A DNA stretch of 64,000 bases from Hydrogenophaga sp. Lineage in GTDB: Bacteria; Pseudomonadota; Gammaproteobacteria; Burkholderiales; Burkholderiaceae_C. Positions 1-7,620 of this stretch are shown here, piece after piece. The stretch covers positions 13,077-77,076 of the forward strand of contig JAIFMP010000021.1 in assembly GCA_020048405.1 (NCBI GenBank), read 5' to 3'. Made by a program: the position numbers and the translations under genes. The notes beneath the pieces were generated by a model, which saw only the letters and a list, made by a program, of their open reading frames with translations, made no database searches and was not told where the DNA came from. The stretch's first letter is position 1, and the number at the start of each line of letters is the position of its first letter.

Positions 1-1020
1 CAGATGGGCTTTACCCTGGTTGCCAAACACCGCAGCAAAAACGTGGTGCTGTACCGCCAGGGCGGCATCAATTTCATCGTCAACCGCGAGCCGCGCAGCG
101 TGGCGGGCTACTTTGCCGCCGAGCACGGCCCCAGCGCCTGTGGCCTGGCGTTCAGGGTGCGCGATGCCCACAAGGCCTACGCCCGCGCGCTGGAGCAAGG
201 CGCACAACCCATTGACATTCCCACCGGCCCCATGGAGCTGCGCCTGCCCGCCATCAAAGGCATTGGCGGTGCACCGCTGTACCTGATTGACCGGTTTGAA
301 GACGGCAAAAGCATTTACGACATCGACTTTGACTTCATCGAGGGCGTGGACCGCCACCCCGTGGGCCACGGCTTCAAAACCATCGACCACATGACGCACA
401 ACGTCTACAAGGGCCGCATGGCGTTCTGGGGCGCGTTTTACGAGCGCATCTTCAACTTCCGAGAAATCCGCTATTTCGACATCAAGGGCGAGTACACCGG
501 ACTCACCAGCCGTGCCATGACCGCGCCGGATGGCCTGATCCGCATCCCGCTGAACGAAGAGCGTGGTGGCAACGGCGGGCAAATTGAAGAGTTTCTGATG
601 CAGTTCAACGGTGAGGGCATTCAGCACATTGCCTTGTCGTGCGACAACCTGATCGACGCCGTTGACAAGCTGCAAATGGCGGGCATTCCCCTCATGACCG
701 CGCCCAACGATGTGTATTACGACATGCTGTCCGAACGCCTGCCTGGCCATGGGGAACCCGTGCCCGAGTTGCAAGCGCGCGGCATTTTGCTCGACGGCAG
801 CACCGCCAACGGCCAACCGCGCCTGTTGCTTCAAATTTTCAGCCAGACGCTGCTGGGCCCGGTGTTTTTCGAGTTCATCCAGCGCAAGGCCGACGAAGGT
901 TTTGGCGAGGGCAACTTCAAAGCGCTGTTCGAGTCGATGGAGCGCGACCAGTTGCGCCGGGGTGCCATCGAAGGCGTGCCTGCCACATCCACAGCCACAA
1001 CCACAGCAGAGGCGGCATGA
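1..1020 (+). CDS. hppD: 4-hydroxyphenylpyruvate dioxygenase (N-terminus lies upstream of window)
   Basis: The frame is open from the window edge. The translation matches Pseudomonas-type HPPD from about residue 33 onward ([45 protein letters not shown]). Confidence 0.9.
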   Translation, partial: QMGFTLVAKHRSKNVVLYRQGGINFIVNREPRSVAGYFAAEHGPSACGLAFRVRDAHKAYARALEQGAQPIDIPTGPMELRLPAIKGIGGAPLYLIDRFEDGKSIYDIDFDFIEGVDRHPVGHGFKTIDHMTHNVYKGRMAFWGAFYERIFNFREIRYFDIKGEYTGLTSRAMTAPDGLIRIPLNEERGGNGGQIEEFLMQFNGEGIQHIALSCDNLIDAVDKLQMAGIPLMTAPNDVYYDMLSERLPGHGEPVPELQARGILLDGSTANGQPRLLLQIFSQTLLGPVFFEFIQRKADEGFGEGNFKALFESMERDQLRRGAIEGVPATSTATTTAEAA

Positions 1021-1337
1021 ACCCCGCACCCCAGCGGCTGGACGCCGCCACCGCTACCGCCCGCTTGGTCCACATGCCAGGCTGGGTGTTGGCGGCTGAC
1101 GGCCTGTCCATGTCGCGCCCATATGTGTTTGCCGACTTTCGGGTGGCCTTTGGCTTCATGACGCAGGTGGCCCTGGCCGCTGAAAAGGCCGACCACCACC
1201 CCGAGTGGTTCAACGTTTACAACCGGGTGGACATTCGCCTGACCACCCACGACGCGGGTGGCTTGTCCGAGCGCGACTTTTCTCTGGCCGCTGTGGCCGA
1301 TGCCGTTGCCAAGCAGATGGTGGGGCAGGGCACATGA
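1017..1337 (+). CDS. phhB: pterin-4-alpha-carbinolamine dehydratase
   Basis: 106 aa with the PCD/DCoH signature ([14 protein letters not shown]...LTTHD.GGLSERD). Its ATG overlaps the hppD stop (ATGA). Confidence 0.85.
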   Translation: MNPAPQRLDAATATARLVHMPGWVLAADGLSMSRPYVFADFRVAFGFMTQVALAAEKADHHPEWFNVYNRVDIRLTTHDAGGLSERDFSLAAVADAVAKQMVGQGT

Positions 1338-2245
1338 CTGCCAGCCATTCGGGTGCGCTGCATGGATTGGCCGCCGGACACGCAGCCCGTCCGCCCAGCG
1401 CCGACTGGACCATTCCACAGGGCTGGAGCAGTTACACCGCCGCCGAACACGCCGTCTGGCAAACCCTGTTCGAGCGACAGACGGCGCTGTTGCCCGGACG
1501 GGCCTGCGACGAGTTTGTGGCCGGCATGCGCGACCTGCCCATACGCACTGACCGCATCCCGCACTTTGGCGAGCTGAACGAGGTGCTCAAACCCCGCACC
1601 GGCTGGGAGATCGTGGCCGTGCCCGGCCTGGTGCCCGACGACGTGTTTTTTGACCACCTGGCCCACCGGCGCTTTCCGGCGGGGCAGTTCATCCGCCAAG
1701 CCCACCAGTTGGACTATCTGCAAGAACCCGATGTGTTTCACGACGTGTTTGGCCACGTTCCCATGCTGATGAACCCGGTCATGGCCGACTTCATCCAGGC
1801 CTACGGCGAGGGCGGCTTGCGCGCCCAGAAGCTGGGCACCTTGCCCCTGTTGGCCCGGGTGTATTGGTACACGGTGGAATTTGGCCTGGTGCAACAGGCC
1901 GACGGCCTGCGCATTTACGGCGCGGGCATTGCCTCGTCGCACACAGAAAGCGTGTTTTGCCTGGACGATTCGTCTCCCCACCGCGTGGCGTTCGACCTGG
2001 TGCGGGTGATGCGCACGCACTATCGCATCGACGACTTCCAAGAAATCTATTTCGTGCTCGACCGATTGGACGACCTGCTGGAGTTGGCCCGCGTGGACTT
2101 TGAACCGCTGTACCGCCAGGTGGCTGATGTGAACGCCAGCCAGCCCGAGTTGCAGCCGGCCGACTTGGCCCCTGCCGACCGCGTGCTGCACACCGGGACG
2201 GGGGCGTATGCCGCCAGTCAGCGGCAGACTCCGCACTGCTTGTGA
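1334..2245 (+). CDS. phhA: phenylalanine 4-hydroxylase
   Basis: Aromatic amino acid hydroxylase motifs ([32 protein letters not shown]). I chose the ATG at 1334, which overlaps the phhB stop. The track start at 1205 lies inside phhB. Confidence 0.9.
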   Translation: MTASHSGALHGLAAGHAARPPSADWTIPQGWSSYTAAEHAVWQTLFERQTALLPGRACDEFVAGMRDLPIRTDRIPHFGELNEVLKPRTGWEIVAVPGLVPDDVFFDHLAHRRFPAGQFIRQAHQLDYLQEPDVFHDVFGHVPMLMNPVMADFIQAYGEGGLRAQKLGTLPLLARVYWYTVEFGLVQQADGLRIYGAGIASSHTESVFCLDDSSPHRVAFDLVRVMRTHYRIDDFQEIYFVLDRLDDLLELARVDFEPLYRQVADVNASQPELQPADLAPADRVLHTGTGAYAASQRQTPHCL

Positions 2246-2400
2246 TTACTTGATTTTTGTAGCTAACTGATCATGTCAGATAAGCAGTAAGTGGCTAATT
2301 TGTTTCTGATTATTCATGGGGTCCTTGCTTCTCTGTTGGCTCTGCTCTCAGTCTTTCCTGTGTCTGGGTTGCGCCAAACGGACCAGTTTCTTCACGCTCC

Positions 2401-4131
2401 ATGCGCCAAAATGCGCGCATGACTTCCCACGCCTACAACCCCGCTCCTGACTGTGCGCAACTCGCCGGCCACCTGCTGGTCGAGTGCCTGATTGCCCAGG
2501 GTGTGACCCACGCCTTCGGCGTTCCCGGTGAGAGCTACCTGGCCGTGCTGGACGGTTTCCACCGCCATGTCGACCGCATCCGTTTCATCCACACCCGCCA
2601 AGAGGGCGGTGCAGCCTTCATGGCCGAAGCGCACGGCAAGCTGACCGGGCGACCCGGGGTGTGCTTCGTCACCCGTGGCCCCGGTGCCACCAACGCCAGC
2701 ATTGGCGTGCACACCGCGTTTCAAGATTCCACGCCCATGGTGCTGTTGGTGGGAGATGTGGCCAGTGACTGTCGTGACCGCGAAGCTTTTCAGGAGGTGG
2801 ACTTTTTCAGCTTCTTTGGCCCTCTGGCCAAGCGGGTGGAGCGCATTGACGATGCCCGCCGCATCCCCTTTGCCACCGCCCTGAACGGCCGTCCCGGTCC
2901 CGTGGTGCTGGTGCTGCCTGAAGACATGCTGACCCACACCGTGGACTCCCGCCCGCTGCCCCGCGTAGAAGCCGTGCAGGCCTGGAGCGACCCCGGTGCC
3001 CTGCGCGACCTGCGCCAACTGCTGTTGGAGGCGCAGCGCCCGCTGGTGATTGCCGGTGGAGGAGGGTGGACACCGCAGGCCGCCCAGGCCCTGCAACGTT
3101 TTGCCGAAAACTGGCAACTGCCGGTGGCCAACGCCTTCCGGTTTCAGGACACGTTTGACAACCACCACCCGCTGTATGCCGGCGATGTGGGGCTGGGCAT
3201 AAACCCCAAACTGGCCGCCCGCATCCGCGAGGCCGACCTGCTGCTGGTGCTGGGCGCACGCCTGGGCGAAGCCACCACGGGCAGCTACACGCTGATCGAT
3301 GCGCCCCTGCCCAAACAAAAGCTGGTGCACGTTCACGCCAGCGCCGAAGAGCTGGGCCGCGTGTACCACCCCACACTGGCCATCTGCGCCACCATGAACG
3401 CGGCGGCCCGCAGCCTGGAGGTGCTGACCGCGCCGCCGCAGGTGGCTTGGGAACCTTGGGCCGCTGCTGCGCAGTCCGACTACCGCGCCAACATCGACCC
3501 TGCCAACGGCGGCGTGATGCTGCCCGGCCCCGTGGACATGCCCCGGGTGATGGACGTGGTGCGCCGCCTGCTGCCCGCCGACGCCGTGCTGACCAATGGT
3601 GCGGGCAACTTTGCCAGCTGGCTGCACCGCTTTCACCCTTACCACGGGCTGGCCAAGGGCCACAAAACACAACTGGCCCCCACCAATGGGGCCATGGGCT
3701 ACGGCGTGCCCGCAGGCATTGGCGCGGCCATCGTCCAGCCGGGGCGCACGGTGTTCACCATCGCGGGCGATGGCGACTTCATGATGAACGGCCAGGAACT
3801 GGCCACGGCCGCGCAGTTCGGGGCCAAGACCATCATTTTGCTGGTGAACAACGGCACCTACGGCACCATCCGCATGCATCAGGAGCGCGAGTACCCGCAG
3901 CACGTCAGCGGCTCCACGCTGGTCAACCCCGACTTCTGTGCTTTGGCGCGGGCCTACGGTTTGGCGGCTGAGCGGGTCTCCACCACCGACGAATTTGAGC
4001 CAGCTTTTCAACGTGCGCTTGAAGCCCCGCAGGGGACGGTGATCGAGCTGATGCTCAGTGCCGACGTCATCACCACGCGCGGTACGTTGGCAGCCATTAC
4101 TCGAAATGCTTTGAAAAATGTCGATAAATAA
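2401..4131 (+). CDS. thiamine-pyrophosphate-binding enzyme, acetolactate-synthase-like
   Basis: 576 aa. N-terminal TPP-pyrimidine domain (GVPGESYL..., RQEGGAAFMAEAHGKLTGRPGVCFVTRGPGATN) and a C-terminal GDGDFMMNGQEL TPP-binding motif. Substrate is unknown. The start could instead be the ATG at 2419. Confidence 0.8.
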   Translation: MRQNARMTSHAYNPAPDCAQLAGHLLVECLIAQGVTHAFGVPGESYLAVLDGFHRHVDRIRFIHTRQEGGAAFMAEAHGKLTGRPGVCFVTRGPGATNASIGVHTAFQDSTPMVLLVGDVASDCRDREAFQEVDFFSFFGPLAKRVERIDDARRIPFATALNGRPGPVVLVLPEDMLTHTVDSRPLPRVEAVQAWSDPGALRDLRQLLLEAQRPLVIAGGGGWTPQAAQALQRFAENWQLPVANAFRFQDTFDNHHPLYAGDVGLGINPKLAARIREADLLLVLGARLGEATTGSYTLIDAPLPKQKLVHVHASAEELGRVYHPTLAICATMNAAARSLEVLTAPPQVAWEPWAAAAQSDYRANIDPANGGVMLPGPVDMPRVMDVVRRLLPADAVLTNGAGNFASWLHRFHPYHGLAKGHKTQLAPTNGAMGYGVPAGIGAAIVQPGRTVFTIAGDGDFMMNGQELATAAQFGAKTIILLVNNGTYGTIRMHQEREYPQHVSGSTLVNPDFCALARAYGLAAERVSTTDEFEPAFQRALEAPQGTVIELMLSADVITTRGTLAAITRNALKNVDK

Positions 4132-4177
4132 ATAGCTTGAAGCGTATATCTGTCAATCGATAGAGGCCTAAAAAGCA

Positions 4178-4210
4178 TAAAAAAAGGACCACGAAAATGG
4201 TCCTTTTTTG
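4178..4210. terminator. bidirectional Rho-independent terminator between convergent genes
   Basis: Stem GGACCA(4186-4191)/TGGTCC(4198-4203) with a 6-nt loop, flanked by an A-run upstream and a T-run (4204-4209) downstream. Confidence 0.7.
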
Positions 4211-4246
4211 TATGAAAGGCTTGTACACGGCAAGCCCGTTGGCGCA

Positions 4247-4726
4247 TTATTTCAGGTGCGTGCTGATCATCTTGGTCATTTCGAACATCGAAGCCTGGGC
4301 TTTGCCGAAAATTTCCTTCAGCTTTGCATCGGCGTTGATCATGCGCTTGTTGGCGGCATCTTGCAGCTTGTGCTTCTTGATGTATTCCCACACCTTCTTG
4401 GTCACTTCGGTGCGTGGCAGGGCATCTTTGCCAATGATGGCCGCCAGCTTGGCGCTTGGGGTCAGCGGCTTCATGAAGGCCGCATTGGGGGTGCGCTTGG
4501 CTGCTGCGGGTGCGGCGGCTTTTTTGGCCACCGGAGCTGCTTTTTTGGCGGCAGGTGCGGCAGCTGTTTTTGCTGCAGGCGCTGCAGCTTTTTTGGCCGC
4601 AGGTGCAGCTGCCTTCTTCAATGCAGGTGCAGCTGCCTTTTTGGCGGGAGCGGCAGCCGCAGGGGAAGCGGCTTTCTTAGCGGTAGCGGCGGCCTTGGTG
4701 GCGGGGGCCTTCTTTGCAGTTGCCAT
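4247..4726 (-). CDS. SWIB/MDM2-domain protein with N-terminal Ala/Lys/Pro-rich histone-H1-like tail
   Basis: Start at MATAKKAP (CAT at 4724-4726), preceded by a GAGGAAA RBS. The C-terminus carries a SWIB signature (PRTEVTKKVWEYIKKHKLQD..NKR.INADAKLKEIFG...MFEMTKMIS.HL). The track start at 4837 is an upstream extension. Confidence 0.85.
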   Translation of the reverse strand: MATAKKAPATKAAATAKKAASPAAAAPAKKAAAPALKKAAAPAAKKAAAPAAKTAAAPAAKKAAPVAKKAAAPAAAKRTPNAAFMKPLTPSAKLAAIIGKDALPRTEVTKKVWEYIKKHKLQDAANKRMINADAKLKEIFGKAQASMFEMTKMISTHLK

Positions 4727-4982
4727 GGTGTTGTTTCCTCGTTGGACGTTGGTATTGAAACCAGTGAACAACGGCCTCGGGTGAAGGGCTTTTACACTGG
4801 CTGCAGGCATGCTAATGGAGTTGCCATGGGTTTCCAAGCGCGCAGGTGGGGTTAATCGTGTTTTTCCCCACCAGATTCAGACGTGTTTGTCTCTGAAAAC
4901 AACACTCTTGCTGTCCACCGCCTCCTCACACCGAAAGAACCCGTGGGGGTACACCTGTTTTTTGTATGCTTTTGCCCGCGCG

Positions 4983-5007
4983 GCGCTGCGCTAAACCAGC
5001 GCTTTTT
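4983..5007 (+). terminator. terminator-like hairpin in the rraA upstream region (attenuator or sRNA 3' end)
   Basis: Perfect 6-bp GC stem GCGCTG(4983-4988)/CAGCGC(4997-5002) with an 8-nt loop, followed by TTTTT (5003-5007). It sits 29 nt before the rraA ATG. Confidence 0.4.
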
Positions 5008-5035
5008 CAACCCAAAACTGAGGCGTCAATCCCCC

Positions 5036-5542
5036 ATGCATACCCACCCCGCATTTGCCACCTGCGACCTGTGCGACACCCACAAACAAGACACCTCGGG
5101 CGTGTTCCGTGTGCTGTCCCCGGTATTTCGGGATTTCGGTGGGCTCAGCCGCTTTTGCGGTCCCGTGGTCACCGTCAAGTGTTTTGAAGACAACACCTCG
5201 GTCAAATCTGCTGTCGAAAGCGAGGGCAACAACCGCGTGTTGGTGGTGGACGGCGGCGCATCTTTGCGCCGCGCTTTGTTAGGCGGTAACTTGGGTGCGG
5301 CCGCTGCCCGCAATGGGTGGGCCGGGCTGGTCATCGATGGCTGTGTGCGCGACGTGGCAGAGCTGGCAGCGTGCACCACTGGCATTCGGGCGCTGGCCTC
5401 TGTGCCCCTACCCACTGACCGCAAGGCACCTGGACAAACCAACGTGCCCGTGTTGGTGCAAGGTGTCTGGATTCGTCCGGGCGACTGGCTGTATGCCGAT
5501 GAAGACGGGGTGGTGGTGTCAGACCGCAACCTGCTGGCCTGA
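5036..5542 (+). CDS. rraA: RraA family protein (RNase E regulator / 4-hydroxy-4-methyl-2-oxoglutarate aldolase family)
   Basis: 168 aa from MHTHPAFATCDLCD. Typical RraA pattern (FGG...F.G...T.KCFEDN..V....E..G.G.VLVVDGG.S.R.AL.G..LA..A..NGW.G.VI.G.VRD). Confidence 0.85.
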   Translation: MHTHPAFATCDLCDTHKQDTSGVFRVLSPVFRDFGGLSRFCGPVVTVKCFEDNTSVKSAVESEGNNRVLVVDGGASLRRALLGGNLGAAAARNGWAGLVIDGCVRDVAELAACTTGIRALASVPLPTDRKAPGQTNVPVLVQGVWIRPGDWLYADEDGVVVSDRNLLA

Positions 5543-5570
5543 ACCGAGCAGACGCGCGCTGCCTTGGCGC

Positions 5571-6389
5571 TTAGACCGAGGCAAGGCCTTTGTAGAGCAT
5601 GTAGGCAGCCAGCAGGTACAGCACAAACGCAAACACCCGTTTGAGCTGCTTGACCGGTAGTGCGTGTGCCGCGCGCACTCCCAACGGGGCCATGAGGACG
5701 CTGGCGCATGCAATCACGCCCAGTGCGGGCAGAAAGATGTAGCCCAAAGAGCCGTTGGGCACGCCTTGCACTGATTGTCCTGACACGATGTAACCCAAAG
5801 CGTTTGCCAATGCGATGGGGAAGCCCAATGCCGCGCTCGTGGCCACTGCGTTGTGCACAGCCACGTTGCACCAAGTCATGAACGGTACGCTGATGAAACC
5901 ACCGCCAGCACCCACCAGACCCGACAGGAAACCGATCACCCCACCGGCCGCCAGTTGGCCGGTGGGGCCGGGCAAAGTACGGCTGGCTGCAGGCTTTTTA
6001 TCCAGCAACATCTGGGTGGCTGAAAAGCCCACAAACGCCGCAAAAAACAATGCCAGCCAAGAGCCCTTGAGCAATGAAAAAACGCCCATGCTCGCCAACG
6101 CAGCACCCAGCACGATGCCGGGCGCAAGCAGTTTCACCACATCCCAGCGCACTGCACCGCGCTTGTGGTGGGCATGCACGCTGGAGATGGATGTAAACAC
6201 GATGGTTGCCATCGACGTGGCAATGGCCATCTTCACCGCCAGATCCGGGGGCACACCTCGGCTCGACATGATGAGCGTGATGAACGGGACCATCAGCATG
6301 CCGCCGCCTATGCCCAGCAAGCCGGCCAGAAAACCGGTGCACAGGCCCAGCACCACGAGCTCGACGATCAACACAGGTTCAAGCGGCAT
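5571..6389 (-). CDS. TauE/SafE family sulfite/anion exporter membrane protein
   Basis: 272 aa and polytopic. N-terminal GLLGIGGGMLMVPF and repeated GAGGGF.SVPF motifs are typical of TauE/SafE. Confidence 0.8.
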   Translation of the reverse strand: MPLEPVLIVELVVLGLCTGFLAGLLGIGGGMLMVPFITLIMSSRGVPPDLAVKMAIATSMATIVFTSISSVHAHHKRGAVRWDVVKLLAPGIVLGAALASMGVFSLLKGSWLALFFAAFVGFSATQMLLDKKPAASRTLPGPTGQLAAGGVIGFLSGLVGAGGGFISVPFMTWCNVAVHNAVATSAALGFPIALANALGYIVSGQSVQGVPNGSLGYIFLPALGVIACASVLMAPLGVRAAHALPVKQLKRVFAFVLYLLAAYMLYKGLASV

Positions 6390-6419
6390 GGCAGTGGAGG
6401 CAGGGACGAAGTGAGGGGA

Positions 6420-6600
6420 GGGGGTGTCTGCAGGGAGGCGCCAAGTCGCAGGCCTGAACCGGGGTTCAGGTGGGCGAGGTCAGACTGACTTCGGGTTCAT
6501 CTGACGCGAGATGATCACACCAGACAGACGATGTTCCAAGCCCTGCTCAAGGAGCATTGGTTCAAGGACATAAAAACCCGGCGGTCCCTGCAGACGACTC
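6420..6600 (-). ncRNA. ssrS: 6S RNA
   Basis: Lies immediately downstream of zapA, as in E. coli. The terminal closing stem is GTCTGCAGGGA.CCGCC (rc of 6578-6595) pairing with GGCG.CCTCCCTGCAGAC (rc of 6425-6441). The internal 3'-side hairpin CCTGAAC-CCGG-GTTCAGG (6453-6470) parallels the E. coli 6S CCUUGAACC..GGUUCAAGG element and is followed by GCCUGCG. The ends are approximate. Confidence 0.75.
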
Positions 6601-6632
6601 CATTGTATGTCCACGGTTGGGACCCTTGCACG

Positions 6633-6992
6633 TCAAATCAGGCGGCTGTCATCCATCAGCGCCTGGTCCAGGCGTTGCAGCAATTGGCCCCATGCTGCGT
6701 CTGTGGTGTCCGTGGTCTGGCTCGCCAGAGATGCAGGTGTGGGGGATGGCTGGGACGCAGCCGCCAGAGCAGCTGTGGCGCGCTGCGCCTCAACCGCTTC
6801 CGACAATTCAAACGCCAGATTGAGCGAGGCCAGAACCGCTATGCGGTCGCGCGCTTTGACTTTGCCTGCGTCGCGGATTTTGCACATCGCGGCATCCACT
6901 CGGTGAACGGCGTTCATCAGCACGGACTCGCCGCCTTCTGGGCAACTCAGCAAATAGCGCTGCCCCATGATTTCGACTTCCAGTTGCTTCAT
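6633..6992 (-). CDS. zapA: cell division protein ZapA
   Basis: 119 aa. The N-terminus (MKQLEVEIMGQRYLLSCPEGGE..L..A...VD..M..IR) and the AVLA.LNLA.EL pattern match ZapA. Confidence 0.85.
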   Translation of the reverse strand: MKQLEVEIMGQRYLLSCPEGGESVLMNAVHRVDAAMCKIRDAGKVKARDRIAVLASLNLAFELSEAVEAQRATAALAAASQPSPTPASLASQTTDTTDAAWGQLLQRLDQALMDDSRLI

Positions 6993-7219
6993 GGTGCCGG
7001 TGCGTTGGGTGGGGTGGGGGCCGCTTCAGGCAGGCGGTCAAGCAAAGCGTCTATGCGCGCCCGCGCCGCTGACAGCCTGGAACGAAGCAGATCGCGCTCG
7101 CTGGACAGTGCTGCCAGTTGCGCCGTCAGCAGGTCATTCGTGCGCTGGAGTTCTGCGTGACGCAGCAACAGCCGGTCAACGCGGCTGGTGATTTGGGCGA
7201 TGTCGTTTGGGTCTGGCAT
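6989..7219 (-). CDS. small coiled-coil protein upstream of zapA (ZapB-like/TIGR02449-type)
   Basis: 76 aa from MPDPNDIAQI (CAT at 7217-7219) with a heptad-rich Leu/Arg/Ala sequence. It overlaps the zapA start. The longer track ORF (to 7432) would run into the btuB riboswitch region. Confidence 0.6.
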   Translation of the reverse strand: MPDPNDIAQITSRVDRLLLRHAELQRTNDLLTAQLAALSSERDLLRSRLSAARARIDALLDRLPEAAPTPPNAPAP

Positions 7220-7295
7220 GGCCGCAAGATTGTAGGTCCGGCCTGGTCCGAGGCCACCACTACAATTGCACGCGTTGGTGCTCGCAGCGGTTTTC

Positions 7296-7600
7296 AGCCG
7301 CTGCAGTTCAACGGGAAGCTGGGGGAACAAGTCTTTCACAAGGGATGTTCTAACCAGCGCTGCCCCCGCAACGGTAAGTGGACGGACGGCCTGCACGCCC
7401 CGTGTGGCCGTCCCGCTTTCATACACCGCCACTGGGTGGGTGGTGCCGCAAGGCGCTGCCCCCTGGGAAGGCTATTGAAGGTTGTTCCATCAGCCCGGAT
7501 ACCGGCCAACACAGTGGCAAAGCCACGCATGCGCCTGCAACGCAGGAGTGTGCGGCTTTGCTGTCATGCCCAAGTGCCGGCGGGGAAGCCGGCAAGGGCT
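7296..7600 (+). promoter_or_regulatory. cobalamin (AdoCbl) riboswitch leader of btuB operon
   Basis: Conserved core elements: AAGGGA...CCAGCGCTGCCCCCGCAACGGTAAG (7341-7378), GCCACTGGG...GGGAAGGC (7428-7472), and the B12-box-like AGCCCGGATACCGGCC (7492-7507). A GCCGGC/GCCGGC hairpin (7576-7593) lies before the ATG. The outer boundaries are approximate. Confidence 0.8.
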
Positions 7601-7620
7601 CCTTTGTTGTTTTCTGTGCC

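Noticed and set aside
2246-2400. AT-rich 155-nt spacer after phhA, considered as a possible sRNA, mobile-element scar or micro-ORF (13 codons on the minus strand)
   Set aside because: I found no hairpin/terminator, repeats or convincing coding signal. It is most simply the promoter/5' UTR region of the TPP-enzyme gene.
2392-4011. 539-aa ORF on the minus strand, plus many similar long ORFs (10999-12285 -, 10865-11782 -, 36004-37026 -, 38418-39689 +, 42831-44099 +, 44697-45749 +, 45798-46868 +, 49072-50382 +, 16441-17220 +, 17246-18202 +)
   Set aside because: Each lies antisense to, or out of frame within, a gene with a clear family signature. Their translations are low-complexity (rich in G/A/R/H/Q/V) with no motifs. 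These are typical shadow ORFs of high-GC DNA.
4197-4855. Ala/Gly/Cys-rich plus-strand ORFs (195 and 215 aa) overlapping the SWIB gene
   Set aside because: They are mirror images of the AKP repeat on the opposite strand. The minus-strand frame has the RBS, the SWIB signature and the terminator.
7378-7620. 81-codon N-terminal extension of btuB in the ORF track
   Set aside because: It runs through the cobalamin riboswitch. The real product starts at MNPLFLS, which has a proper signal peptide.
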